Positions 1 to 11,859 of a stretch of 64,000 nt of DNA are shown in pieces (positions within the stretch are counted from its first letter, which is position 1; the number at the start of each line of letters is the position of its first letter). The position numbers and the translations under genes are program-made. The stretch covers positions 23,528,096 to 23,592,095 of the forward strand of contig JAUZTB010000118.1 in assembly GCA_034780895.1 (NCBI GenBank), read 5' to 3'. The notes beneath the pieces were generated by a model, which worked only from the letters and a program-made list of their open reading frames with translations, searched no databases and was not told the origin of the DNA. The stretch is from Rhynchobatus australiae (lineage: Eukaryota).

Positions 1-68
1 TGTTTCTCTGACTGGAGGTCTTTGACCAGTGGTGTTTAACAAGGATTTGTGCTGGACCCCTGTTGCTT

Positions 69-111
<43 letters not shown>

Positions 112-360
112 ATTCTGAATAAAAATGTACATGCCCTGATTAGTACGTTTGCAGATGACTTGAACATTGGTGGAGTTGTGGATAGTGAGCAAGGTTGTCA
201 AATGAAATAGTAGGATATAGATCAGTTGGAAATTTAGGCAGAGAAATGGCAGATGGAGTTTCATTTGAAGAAGTGTGAAGTGTTGCATTTTGGAAGATCA
301 AATGCAAGAGGAAAGTATACTGTAAATGGCAGGACTCTTAAGAGCATTGATGTACCAAGT
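1..360 (+). mobile_element. Degenerate CR1-like LINE reverse-transcriptase fragment
   Basis: Decayed SGVPQG-like segment (accagtggtgtttaacaagg) and TTTGCAGATGAC (FADD) followed by a WQMEF..KCEVLHFG-like sequence; stops present. Confidence 0.85.
72..107. repeat. (TA)n microsatellite inside the LINE fragment
   Basis: Perfect AT dinucleotide run of about 18 units. Confidence 0.95.
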
Positions 361-620
361 GTCTTTTAAACACTGTAATTTTACCCGCCTCTACCAGTTC
401 CTCTGGAAGCTCAAACCATCTCTGTCCTCTCTGTGAAAGCCTTACCTCTCAGGTCCCCTTTAATTCTCCCCCACCACCTTAAATCTATGCCCTATAGTTT
501 TAGACTCTGCTACCTTGGGAAAAAGACTGTGGTAATCCATCTCATCTATGCCCCTCATGATTTTGTAAACCTCTGTAAGATCACCTCTCAACCTCCTTTG
601 TTCTTCCTCATCAGCCTGAC
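361..620 (-). mobile_element. CR1-like LINE ORF2 C-terminal fragment
   Basis: Minus ORF contains RRLRGDLTEVYKIMRGID..LFP..GHRFKV, typical of the CR1 ORF2 C-terminus. Confidence 0.85.
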
Positions 621-1999
621 CAGCTTCCACCAACTCTTCCACCATCATTTTATTTTGGCAGTAGCTGGAAAAGTACTGCTGTCAACGAGAGCATCCTGTT
701 TAAGGTCTTGCACTCGGGGTTGAGACAGCAAGATAAAAGCCAGTGGCTCCAAGACCCTCCAATTGATGCACAGAGCAGTGCATGCACTGAAACTGACATT
801 ACACAGAGAAACCAAAAACATTACTTTGAGAAGCTTGCAAGTGAAGACTGCAATCTTAGTGGGACTTCAGGAGCAACTTTACAGTGATGAATACCGCTGT
901 GTTAATACCACATAAAGGGAAGCAATTACCTGACTGCTGCCTCCCACTTTTCTCTAAAAGCAGACACTGGTATCAACTTATACCTACACTATAACCACAC
1001 TGCCATGGCTTTGATCTCAGCTTTCTGAAAAACACTTAAGATTACTTTTAAGCATTCACACTCATTCAAAAGCATTTTTAATATTACATCTCAACAAATT
1101 GATAGTTAATTTTTGAATTCAAAGTGACAACTACAAAGGTTATTAAATTTGATGACAAACTCTTTCAGGAGAAATTCCTCCCACACATTGAATGAGCGTT
1201 AACTGACTGGAACTTGAAAGATTAACTTTTACAAAGTACTCGTCAGGTCCTTTCAGAAAAATCCTGCTTTACAGGGTTTAGCTGTTTAAAATGTGAAGCT
1301 TAACATGTTAAGACACTGTTAAGTAGTAATTAAAGGAGCATGATGCATAATCTGCAGTCCTAGAAGTTTCAGAACGTAAACCTATCCTGAGAAACAACAG
1401 AAAAAGGGTGAAATGAAGCAGCCGGACAGAAAATATGGTTCAGGAGAAAATCTGGTACAGGCACAAAACATGGTGTGGAGAATGAAGCAGACTGCTTGAA
1501 TACTATTCAGATACACTGAGAGCAGGACTCAACTTGCTGCTCCTGACCACAGTTCCTTACAGATAATTACCATTTCATTTCAGGATCAGACACTGTGGTG
1601 CAGTTATGAATTTCTGACCAACTGCAAGAATATATATTCTCCCTTGTGTATCAGAGACAACTCCTGAACAGGTCAAGGTGCAGAGAGTTCCAGCAAAAAT
1701 ATAACACCTGGGAACACTCCAATAAAGGCAGGGTCCAGCTGCTGCTACTAGAATATTGTGACAGTGACAGGTTCAGCACTGCAATGCTAAGTACTGAGAC
1801 TGTTCTTCACCAAGCTTGAGTAGATTCCTAAGCTAGTCTTTTCTGGTAAGTATTAAACATGAAGTTAAAAAAATATGAATTTCTAGGTGATGTTAATTTT
1901 CATTTGATGTCCGCGCATACAGTGAAACTGAGGCATACATCAAAAGAAATTTATAGTGTTGTTCAACATTGGAACATATTTTAATGTTATGTGGAGCAA

Positions 2000-2240
2000 A
2001 TCAGAAGCTGNNNNNNNNNNGCTGGAGGAACTTAGCAGGTCAGGTAGCATTTGTGGAGGGTAATAGACAGGTGACATTTTGGGTTGAGACTCTTCAGGTG
2101 GACATGAGTCCAGATTGGTAAATTAGTAAATTTAGGGTAAATTTAATGTACATTGCTAAATTTAGAAGAAGAGTCCCGAACTGAAATATCAACCATTCAT
2201 TTATTTTGCTCCAGATTCCAGCATCTGCAGTCTCTTGTAC
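2000..2240. mobile_element. Penelope-derived non-autonomous repeat (pLTR pieces)
   Basis: gctggaggaacttagcaggtcaggtagcatttgtgg...gggttgagactcttcagg and ccagattccagcatctgcagtc match the copies at 18.9 kb and 55.4 kb. Confidence 0.65.
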
Positions 2241-3429
2241 CTTCAATTTAACGTGAAGTTTTTGCCTGCTCTGTTTGATGGTGCTACAACACAACCAAAG
2301 AGGATTGTGGAAAAAGGAAAGATGAAGCCTGTGATTACTCTTTTTGTAAAATGCCAGAAGAGAAACTCAGTGTTACTCCTTACAAAGCAAAATAATTACA
2401 TTTATAAATGTCATGGATTTGCATCATAACATGTTTCAGAGCTGAACAGAGTTGTACTTTCTGAGAATTATAAAGTAAAATCTTGCACCATCTCTCTCAG
2501 ATACTTGCTCAGACATGTGATCTGATCTGACTCTCTCCTCATACTTCAAGAAAAATACTAATTTATTCCAGGAATTTGTGGATTATGCAGCAGGTGACAA
2601 GTCANNNNNNNNNNNNNNNNNNNNNNNNNNNNNNNNNNNNNNNNNNNNNNNNNNNNNNNNNNNNNNNNNNNNNNNNNNNNNNNNNNNNNNNNNNNNNNNN
2701 NNNNAAAATACTAATTTATTCCAGGAATTTGTGGATTATGCAGCAGGTGACAAGTCATATCAATTAAACAGTAAGGTCACCCTCCTAATAGTTTGAGTAG
2801 ATTGCAGGTTTACACTTGCAGAAGGGAAAAGGGTCACTATCACCTGGCTATGCGGATACAGGAGGGTATCAATCAGGCCTCCTTGCTTGTGTCCACAGGA
2901 GTCACAGCCACATTGGACGATTTATGAACATAATACAAACCATTTACAGTTTAGTCAGTGGCTCAGTGACATTATTGTACAGTTTCTGCACTGCACAGTG
3001 TTATCAATTGTTTGCATTCTAACCACCTGATCTTGCAGAAATGCATTTTCCTGAGCTTGTTGCACAGATGGGAAAATAATTAAAAATGCCTCAATACATT
3101 TCTCACATGGCAACTGGGATGATTCCCCTTTCTTAACCTAAATAAACCCATTCTATGCCATAAATATGAATGATACTGGATATTTACCAAACTGCTCATG
3201 CTTTTTTGCTTGGTGGGGTTATACTTCTGGGCTGAATCGGAAATAGGAGGAATCAAACAATAGAAAAGTATAGTAACAATAGAAAAGTAAAAGAAAGGTT
3301 CTGCAGAAGGATGATGGAGTGAATGAGGCACAGAAACAGAGGAAATGTAACAAGAAAGTCATATGGCTTTTTGCACTGTTTACCTCAGCTATCCCTGGCT
3401 CTTCCACTTATTTGTTATGCCATGGGGAG

Positions 3430-3745
3430 ATATAACACTGAACATGCCCTTCGGCCCAACGAGTCCATTCCTACCATCAACTGCCCATTTACACTTATCC
3501 CCCATTTTTAATTCCCCTTGCATTCTCATCAAGTACTCCGAAATTCCACACTCACCTACACACAGGGGCAATTTGTAGCGGCAAATTAATCCACCAACTG
3601 AGCATCTTTGGGATGTGGGAGGAAACCCACACAGCCACAGGAAGAATGTGCAAACTTCACACACACAGTACCCAAGGTCAGGATTGAACCCGCATTTCTG
3701 GTCCTGCGGCAACAGCTCTACTAGCTGCACCACCATGCTGCCCGA
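3430..3745 (-). mobile_element. tRNA-derived V-SINE (HE1-like)
   Basis: Minus strand has a B-box-like GGGTTCAATCC, the V-domain-like core (tgcacattcttcctgtggctgtgtgggtttcctcccacatcccaaag) and a CR1-like 3' tail. Confidence 0.85.
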
Positions 3746-5139
3746 TGGCAGAAGAATCGTGATGGGCCAAAGTGCCCACTTCTGTGATATACAACTCTAT
3801 GACTCTAAGCAGTCACTGCCCTTCACTACCAATGTTCTTGGATAGTTCCACCCTGAAATCAATACCCATTTCTCAAACATCACCCTGATTGAAACAACAC
3901 TAATCATCTTGACAATGGGATCCACCTTCTCTCCAGTTGCTCCTGTGATATTCTCCTCACCCACTCCACAACTCTCTCTGGCCTCAGAGATACCCTCTTC
4001 CTGTGACCATCTCCCTCTGCACCACTCTTCTCTGGTCCCATCCATAAGCATCTTCCCTTCCACCATCCAGACTCACTTCCTCCCCAAACTCGAACTTTTA
4101 CAATGGCTGAAAGTCAGAGATAACATTTTTTGCAAGAACTACGGTAAAATGTAATGGGCTTCAGGCCCAACCCAATATTGCATCTTAGGGGTCTTGTTGT
4201 AAATTGGCTTTAATATTCAACAGTTTCACTTTAAACACACACTTGCAGCTGCTTTTTAATTTGCGGCCAATATTTTTGCCAATNNNNNNNNNNNNNNNNN
4301 NNAATTTAGAGCAATTGTGGAAAATATTTGATAATGTGGTGAATTTGTGCTCCAAGGTGCAGACCAGAAAGGAAACAAAATCCTAAAAACACACCAGGCC
4401 ACATAGCTCAATGCCACAATGAGATCATCGGTGGCTCAATGCCTCATTCTTCTGTAAAGAAAGAATAGACCAAGAAAAAGGGTACTGCAAATTTGCCTCT
4501 TAATGAAAAGCATATTGGGAACAATTATGGAAAGCAAAAGATTGAGGTGCTAATATTATCCAAAGAAGGGTACTTTTTGAGTCTAATAGCCTGCAGAGGC
4601 TGAGGGAAGTTAAAAGCATCTGCAAGCGAGAACAGAAATTAGCTTTCATCTTCCATGCAGCGACCAACCATACACATCTACAATACTTTGAACACTGTCA
4701 CAGTCTGCGCAGTGAGCAAATACTGCCCAAACTCTTGATCTGTAGAATTTCAAGAAGTCAGACTCTCCCTCTCTTATGTGGCATTAGATAAATTATGCAC
4801 TGGGACAGTTGCTATTTTGTGTTGACCTAATGAACAGGGAGCACAAAGCATAGGGGAATAATCCATTTTCTGACAGACCTTTCTGCTTTGACTCTGACGT
4901 AAGAAGAGCTGCAGATATAGCTTGAAGATTGAGTGAAAATCTTGTCTTATAGTATCAGTAGTCTCTGAATGTGTCTCTGACTGGACCCAGGGTCTCTCAG
5001 CTTTGGGATTCCAAGCAAAGGGATCATCAACGTCTTGAGAGTATTCAAGAGCAGCACCATTTTTTTTGACTTAATGTTGAAATCTAAGTTCAGGTAAGGG
5101 AATAAGACAACATGATATACAAGAACTCTAAAGCAGGCT

Positions 5140-5280
5140 AATTTGTTCTGACCAGGGTCCAAGACTTGAAACCTTAACAAGTTCTCTTTCTACAGATACT
5201 GCCTGACCTGCTGAGTATTTCCAGTAGTTTCTGTTTTCATTTCAGATATCTAGCATCTACAGTTTTTTTGATTTTCAAAT
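5140..5280 (+). mobile_element. Penelope-derived pLTR fragment
   Basis: cagatactgcctgacctgctgagtatttccag...tttcagatatctagcatct, shared with other copies in the window. Confidence 0.65.
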
Positions 5281-6584
5281 TTGTTTTTGTTCATTTTGTG
5301 GAAAAGCAAGGTTCAGTACTCTGACTGTTAAATCCTGAGATAAACAAATCTGGACAATGATTTGCATTGCCAGATTCACATCAGACTTCTTCCACATCTC
5401 CTGCTATAATAACTACTGGCCCTCTACACTGAGTTTGCAATCTCTATAGACAAGAATCTTAGCAGTGAAGAAACATTTACACGACTAATACATTTGGAAA
5501 GTCACAAGAGATTTTGGAGATTTGAAATTATATCCTGCACCTAATTATTGGTGTGAAATTGTGCTTATACCTTGGAGATTAGACAGTTCTTCCAAAGGCA
5601 GCCACTAACCGGTAATTTATTATAATTTTCAGTACCCAGTGAATCAGTGTATTTGTAGTCTGAATGAGAATGATACTTTAATTCTGAAAGAACTACAATT
5701 AAATGCCTATAATAACATTTCAGAAACTATACTCTTCAGATGTGAACCACGAGATTTTTGGTTTAATCAAGTGAAAGGGGTAACAATTGTCTGAAAGATG
5801 ACTTTAAAATTCAGATTAAATTTGACAAAGCATGCCACATTTCTGATGTAATCTGTAAAGCAGTTTATTAAAGCANNNNNNNNNNNNNNNNNNNNNNNNN
5901 NNNNNNNNNNNNNNNNNNNNNNNNNNNNNNNNNNNNNNNNNNNNNNNNNNNNNNNNNNNNNNNNNNNNNNNNNNNNNNNNNNNNNNNNNNNNNNNNNNNN
6001 NNNNNNNNNNNNNNNNNNNNNNNNNNNNNNNNNNNNNNNNNNNNNNNNNNNNNNNNNNNNNNNNNNNNNNNNNNNNNNNNNNNNNNNNNNNNNNNNNNNN
6101 NNNNNNNNNNNNNNNNNNNNNNNNNNNNNAATCTTCGGAGATTTTCTGCCACACAGGCTACTGAACCCATGGCAAAACAACCTGGAGGAAGACCAGCTGT
6201 ACCATTCATTTTAATGGGAAGAAATGGCTCATCAATATAAGTCCTGTAATTTTTGATGATTTGTAATGGGTATTTTTAACATCTTCCAAGCATTTCTGAA
6301 TGCTTGCAAATGTCAGATATATCCAGAGACATGTCAAGGCTTACACAGCTTTGGAAGTGTTTCTGGGACCAGGAACAAGGCTGGCCATTTGTGATGGGAA
6401 AAACCAAGTGCTGCTGGGTGCTAGCTTTCTGGAAGAGGACTGCATCCCAGGACCCACTTCAGGCAGAAGCAGCCTTCAAGGGAAAGCAAATGGTGAGCTC
6501 AGGAACTCACCAATCGGCAGAAGATCCTGGCCGTCAGGGTGAATGCAGGCAGAAACATTTACCATTCACCTAATTCATCACACT

Positions 6585-6980
6585 GCTCGGCAAAGCAGCC
6601 AACTTAATCAAGGATCCTTCCCGCCCAGTCATTCAATCTTCTCTGCTCCCCAGCTCCCCTTCCATACGGCAGAAGACACAACAGCTTGAGAACACGTACC
6701 GCCTGGCTCAAGAACAGCTTCTATCCTGCTGTTATAAGACTCTTGAACGGACCTCTTAAACAATAAAGATGAACTCTTGATCTTTCAATCTATCTCATCA
6801 TGGCCCTTGCACATTACTTATCAACCTGTGCTGCACTTTCTTTGTAAATGCAGCATGATATCCCGCATTCTGTTTTGTTTTCCTTTTGTGCTACCTCGAT
6901 ATATATGGCTTGATCTGTCTGGATGCAAACAAAGCCTTTCACTGTATCTCAGTGTCGATGATGATAATAAACCAATTATC
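6585..6980 (+). mobile_element. Rex1/Babar-type LINE 3' end (subfamily B)
   Basis: ctcaagaacagcttctatcctgctgttataagactcttgaac (RLKNSFYPAVIRLLN-like), shared 3'UTR and aataaaccaat tail. Confidence 0.8.
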
Positions 6981-8899
6981 AATATCCTTCTAATGCTCTT
7001 CTGCTGAAAGATGTGATGAATCCACCTTCCAAACATCTTTCACTGNNNNNNNNNNNNNNNNNNNNNNNNNNNNNNNNNNNNNNNNNNNNNNNNNNNNNNN
7101 NNNNNNNNNNNNNNNNNNNNNNNNNNNNNNNNNNNNNNNNNNNNNNNNNNNNNNNNNNNNNNNNNNNNNNNNNNNNNNNNNNNNNNNNNNNNNNNNNNNN
7201 NNNNNNNNNNNNNNNNNNNNNNNNNNNNNNNNNNNNNNNNNNNNNNNNNNNNNNNNNNNNNNNNNNNNNNNNNNNNNNNNNNNNNNNNNNNNNNNNNNNN
7301 NNNNNNNNNNNNNNNNNNNNNNNNNNNNNNNNNNNNNNNNNNNNNNNNNNNNNNNNNNNNNNNNNNNNNNNNNNNNNNNNNNNNNNNNNNNNNNNNNNNN
7401 NNNNNNNNNNNNNNNNNNNNNNNNNNNNNNNNNNNNNNNNNNNNNNNNNNNNNNNNNNNNNNNNNNNNNNNNNNNNNNNNNNNNNNNNNNNNNNNNNNNN
7501 NNNNNNNNNNNNNNNNNNNNNNNNNNNNNNNNNNNNNNNNNNNNNNNNNNNNNNNNNNNNNNNNNNNNNNNNNNNNNNNNNNNNNNNNNNNNNNNNNNNN
7601 NNNNNNNNNNNNNNNNNNNNNNNNNNNNNNNNNNNNNNNNNNNNNNNNNNNNNNNNNNNNNNNNNNNNNNNNNNNNNNNNNNNNNNNNNNNNNNNNNNNN
7701 NNNNNNNNNNNNNNNNNNNNNNNNNCAAGTGATGTATGAGTGACTACAGTTCCTTTTTTGTTATATATGCTTATCGAAAACTGACAAAGCCCCTTTCAAA
7801 GGTAGTGCTGGGAAACTATTTTGGTAACAAGGCCATATTTACATGCAAGGATATTCTCTGTGCATTGGGGAAATTACTAATCACATGCTAACACTGCAGG
7901 GCAGTTACTCCTTATTGAAACTGCCTGATTTTTATTTCTGTTGATATCAAGATCTGACCCATAACATTAGTTTTACACTCCATTGATAGAATACATAAAA
8001 GTACATATGAAATCTACTCCACTATCAAATTAGTACTCAAGAAATCCACAATCCACAACATAATCACAATCATATTGCTCAGGAAATGGACATCAAATGG
8101 GGATGGTACAGGGACTGGTTACGCTGCCTTGCATTGTTCAAAAACATTTTCTTCCAATATATAAAAGTGTACCTTCTGAAGAAGGGGGGAGGGAGGAGGA
8201 ACCAGTGGGAAAAGTCAGATTTAGCTGCTCAGAAGCTAAAAAACAAGTTCTAATGCACTTCACATTTAATTATGACATTGGAAAAAGCAAAATTATATCA
8301 CAGTAAAGTTTCCATGGATTTCATTGAACTTTGATGCCATGTTTGTCAAAACCCATAAATAGAAAATTTCACAGGTGGTGGGGTCTCAAAATATAAATTT
8401 CTCCACTCACAAGGGTGTTTGTCAAATGCCACTGGCTTCACTTGTGAATAACCCTCATCATTCATCAATAAGTATGCCATCATAAATTCTGCAAATATTC
8501 TACAGCATCAGTCGAATATTTTCAAAATGTGTTTCTCACCAAAGCCAACTAAAAGTTCACAAGGTTCTTAGCGTGCCATGGATCAACTCCAATGACTTGC
8601 ACTTCACCAGCCTGGAGTCAAGAGAAACTTGATGAAGTTGAACTCCTTCCAGATGAAGTTGCCTCCTGGACTCTGAAACTGTTTTCAGTCATCAGCAAAG
8701 GAAGTGAAAACAATCTCCTTTCTTAAGGATGATACTTCGAAAACAACGTTTCCCTCATTCCTTTTTTTTCTCTAAGGCCTCTATCTTTCCAAATAGGGAG
8801 ATTTTAAGCCATGAGGAAGTAAATGAAGACCATATGTGAGGCAAGTGACTCAGAGAAGGGAAGTAGCAAAATTGTGGCCATTTCTCTTTGAATTTATTA

Positions 8900-8955
8900 T
8901 CATAGAGTAATACGGCACGAAACAGGCCATTCGGCCCACTGAGTTTGTGCTGATT
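8900..8955 (-). mobile_element. Short CR1/HE1-type 3' tail
   Basis: tcatagagtaatacggcacgaaacaggccattcggccc is the reverse complement of the common tail. Confidence 0.6.
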
Positions 8956-9234
8956 ATTAAGATTTTGTTCATAAGTCACAAAATGCAGAAAAATCACTTG
9001 ATATAGTAACCATACCTCCACAGTATTGTAAAGAGTTGCATCAAATGCACATCAGACTGATAAGAAAGAAAAATTTCTAATGGTGGAAAGAGAGAGCAAA
9101 TAGTTCTGCCATTCAGAGGAATGAACATTTATACATATGTCAGACTTTTGAATTAAATACTATGGGAGTTCGTCCATATGTAGGGGTGTCAAATAAACTG
9201 GGTGTTCGTAACCAGGGGCTGGTCTGAACATTAA

Positions 9235-9360
9235 TCCTACATTCATCCCAATTTATTCTCCTCCCCAGATTCTACCACTCACCTGCACATGAAGGACAAG
9301 TTGCAGTGCCAAAAAACTGCATATCTCTGGGATGTGGGAAGAAACGAGACTGACACATAA
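9235..9360 (-). mobile_element. Partial V-SINE (HE1-like)
   Basis: acattaatcctacattcatcccaatttattctcc...gggatgtgggaagaaac, matches other SINE copies. Confidence 0.65.
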
Positions 9361-10254
9361 ACTGGAATTCAACAATATGCCAAGGTTCTGGATAATTAGG
9401 GACAGGTTGTGAAATAAACTGATCCTATTGTAAATGAAGGATCTCTCCTTTTGGAGAATGAAAAACAGATGCATAAGATGTGTTCTGTTCTTGCAGCCTG
9501 TCAACACTATTGTCTGTAAATGATTCCGATTCGGCACACTTGAGATTCACTCACTATAGCAGCTGCGTAGAGAATGGACAATGTCATCTTTCTTTCCTCT
9601 AATGCTTTTACAATGCATAGTTCATGGGGCAGTGCAAATTTTGAGATGTTCAGTTGGCATTTAGCATGTTCCAGATAATCAGAGAATACTCAGAGTACCT
9701 CAAGTCTCATTGTAAAAGACATTTCAAAGTATCATTGTAAACTGTGTCAATCTGTCAATGGCTTGCACTTGTTTAGGCAGGATATCAGAAATAGACAGCA
9801 CTGGACCATAAGGCACACTTCGCAATGCCTTGTTTTCTTCAGCTCTTAGTTTATATAGACCAAACTCACATGTGATGATTTTATTCTTCTGCAAGTGCCA
9901 GATTGAATGACAATCAAATTGCAAGCACATGCATGATGAGCTTTTGAACATAACATAGTAAGGCAAGTCAGTGCAGGGAAAATGGAAGATATTATCTATT
10001 TTTGACCCTCAAAACCAGCATTGAGCTTCAAAGCATGTTGAAAGATTTTAAAAAATCCCCATTTAAAAATTCTGCATTAATTGTAAATGCAGATCATTAC
10101 TTACTACACCACCACAAGTTTGTGTATTTCCTATGAATTCACTGAATGTGATTGCCAATTGGCACCATGTTAGCAGAGGTTTTCTCCCAATGGCTCATTC
10201 CCAGCAGGGAGTGAGTGGTGACTGCTCCAGCTCACTTCCTATAGAAATCTAACA

Positions 10255-10380
10255 GTCAAGAACACAGGAAAATAGGAGCAGGAGTAGGCCACCCTCAACC
10301 CTGCCCCATCATCCATATTCAATATGATCATGGCTGATCTCTGCTGGCCTCAACTCCTCTTCTGTGCCAGTTCCCCACCA
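10255..10380 (-). mobile_element. CR1-like LINE 3' tail (second subfamily)
   Basis: aaataggagcaggagtaggcc...ttcaatatgatcatggctgatct; related to the tail at 46.1 kb and the copy at 62.6 kb. Confidence 0.65.
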
Positions 10381-11014
10381 AATGGACAATGAGTTGACTG
10401 AGGGCCACAATCTGGAATAAAACTCCAAGTAAAGTTACAGCAAACTAAATCTTCTTGTCAGCATGCTCTGCCCCCTCCAACAGGCTGGTTACAAATTTTA
10501 GCAGTTTGCATTGCCTGAATTATTCTTATGGACTTTTGATTTTTTTAAAACAGAAAAAACTTAATAAGTAAACAGGATCTAGAACAAAACTTGAGCCTAG
10601 AAATTATTCTGTGCCAGGAATGGGACTTCAGATGAACATTAGAAAGAGGCTTTAGAACTGGGGTCAAATTGAGGTTAAAGATGTCCTCAAGGCACTTTCT
10701 TGTGTTGTGAACAGACACTGATTTTTTGGAAGACCAACAAGTGGAGGAGTGAGGAATCTTGCATTGAGAGCAGCTTGAATTGTCAGGGATGCCCCTCCCT
10801 CGTTTGAATCATTGTGTAATGTGCAAAGCTGTCCACAGAGTTTGATGGGCTTCTCACTTCTGCACACAAATGTTGTGAGAGACATCTGCAGCAACCTGAT
10901 ATGGTTGCTGGGAGGTTCCACGGGTCCTTCTGACATTCCTGCTCTGCGCCCAACTGGAGAGCATGCTTTTCCTTCAATGGGAGATGGTGGGTTTGGAAGG
11001 GGAATCAATCACTG

Positions 11015-11345
11015 AGGAGGTGCAGTGGGTAGAGCTGCTGTCTCACAGCTTCAGCAACCCTAGTTCACTCCTGACCTCTGGAGCCGTCAGCGTGGAACTT
11101 GCAATGTTCTCCCTGTGAACACATGGGCTTCCCTCGATGCTCCTTTTCCTCCCCCATCCAAAGACCTTCAGGCTGGTAGGTAAATTAGCCATGGTAAATT
11201 GCTCTGAGTATGTAAACGGTGGGAGAGTCTGGGAATGGAGTTTCTGGGAATGGTTCAGGGATATGTAGAGATCAGTGTAAATTGATGCTTGATGGTCAGA
11301 AGGTCAAAGGGACTGTTTCTGTGCAGTATGGCTCCATGACTTCCT
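11015..11345 (+). mobile_element. V-SINE (HE1-like), diverged
   Basis: gtgcagtgggtagagctgctgtctcacagc...gttcactcctgacctc head, V-domain-like core and ctgtttctgtgc...ccatgac tail. Confidence 0.8.
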
Positions 11346-11578
11346 GGCTAAAGACTCTCCCAGGTCTGCTGAAGCTGCTGAAAAGAGGGTTGAACATTTT
11401 TATTGAAGATCAATAATAACATGTAGAATCATGGAGAGTCTGAAAAGTCAGAGCACGGAAGACCACTTGATCGATCAANNNNNNNNNNNNNNNNNNNNNN
11501 NNNNNNNNNNNNNNNNNNNNNNNNNNNNNNNNNNNNNNNNNNNNNNNNNNNNNNNNNNNNNNNNNNNNNNNNNNNNNN

Positions 11579-11705
11579 GCACCCGGAGGAAACCCACGCA
11601 GACACGGGGAGAACGTACAAACTCCTTATAGACAGTGGCTGGAATTGAACCCGGGCCGCTGGCGCTGTAAAGCATTATGCTAATCACTACACCACCATGC
11701 CTCCC
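11579..11705 (-). mobile_element. Young V-SINE 5' part (subfamily 2), truncated by a gap
   Basis: CpG-rich gcacccggaggaaacccacgcagacacggggagaacgtacaaactcc; near-identical to the reverse complement of 23.5 kb. Confidence 0.85.
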
Positions 11706-11859
11706 TTAATGCATTAATGCCTTAATGCTTTGCTTTGAAACATTACTGCAGTATTCCTTGATTTGGTTCATAATTACCTTTCGGCTGCAGCTAAACTGTG
11801 GACAGGAGAACATGAAACACTCCAGTAAATGTGTTTATAAATATGATATAGAGTGGTTG

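Noticed and set aside
2552-2757. Direct repeats flanking gaps (also 21870-22124, 32980-33118, 38898-39032, 41286-41421, 44181-44320)
   Set aside because: Each pair brackets exactly 100 Ns. These are overlapping contig ends from scaffolding, not biological repeats or TSDs.
6979-7732. Long ORFs (also 5767-6209, 23428-24237, 59254-59836, 60144-60699)
   Set aside because: They are composed mostly of N runs.
8540-8690. Possible minus-strand exon ending at a GTGAG donor
   Set aside because: All three frames hit stops before the donor, and there is no clear acceptor tract.
9870-9888. 19-nt minus-strand microexon (ttgcag|AAGAATAAAATCATCACAT|gtgagt)
   Set aside because: The polypyrimidine tract is weak and the length is not a multiple of three. 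Such matches are expected by chance in 64 kb.
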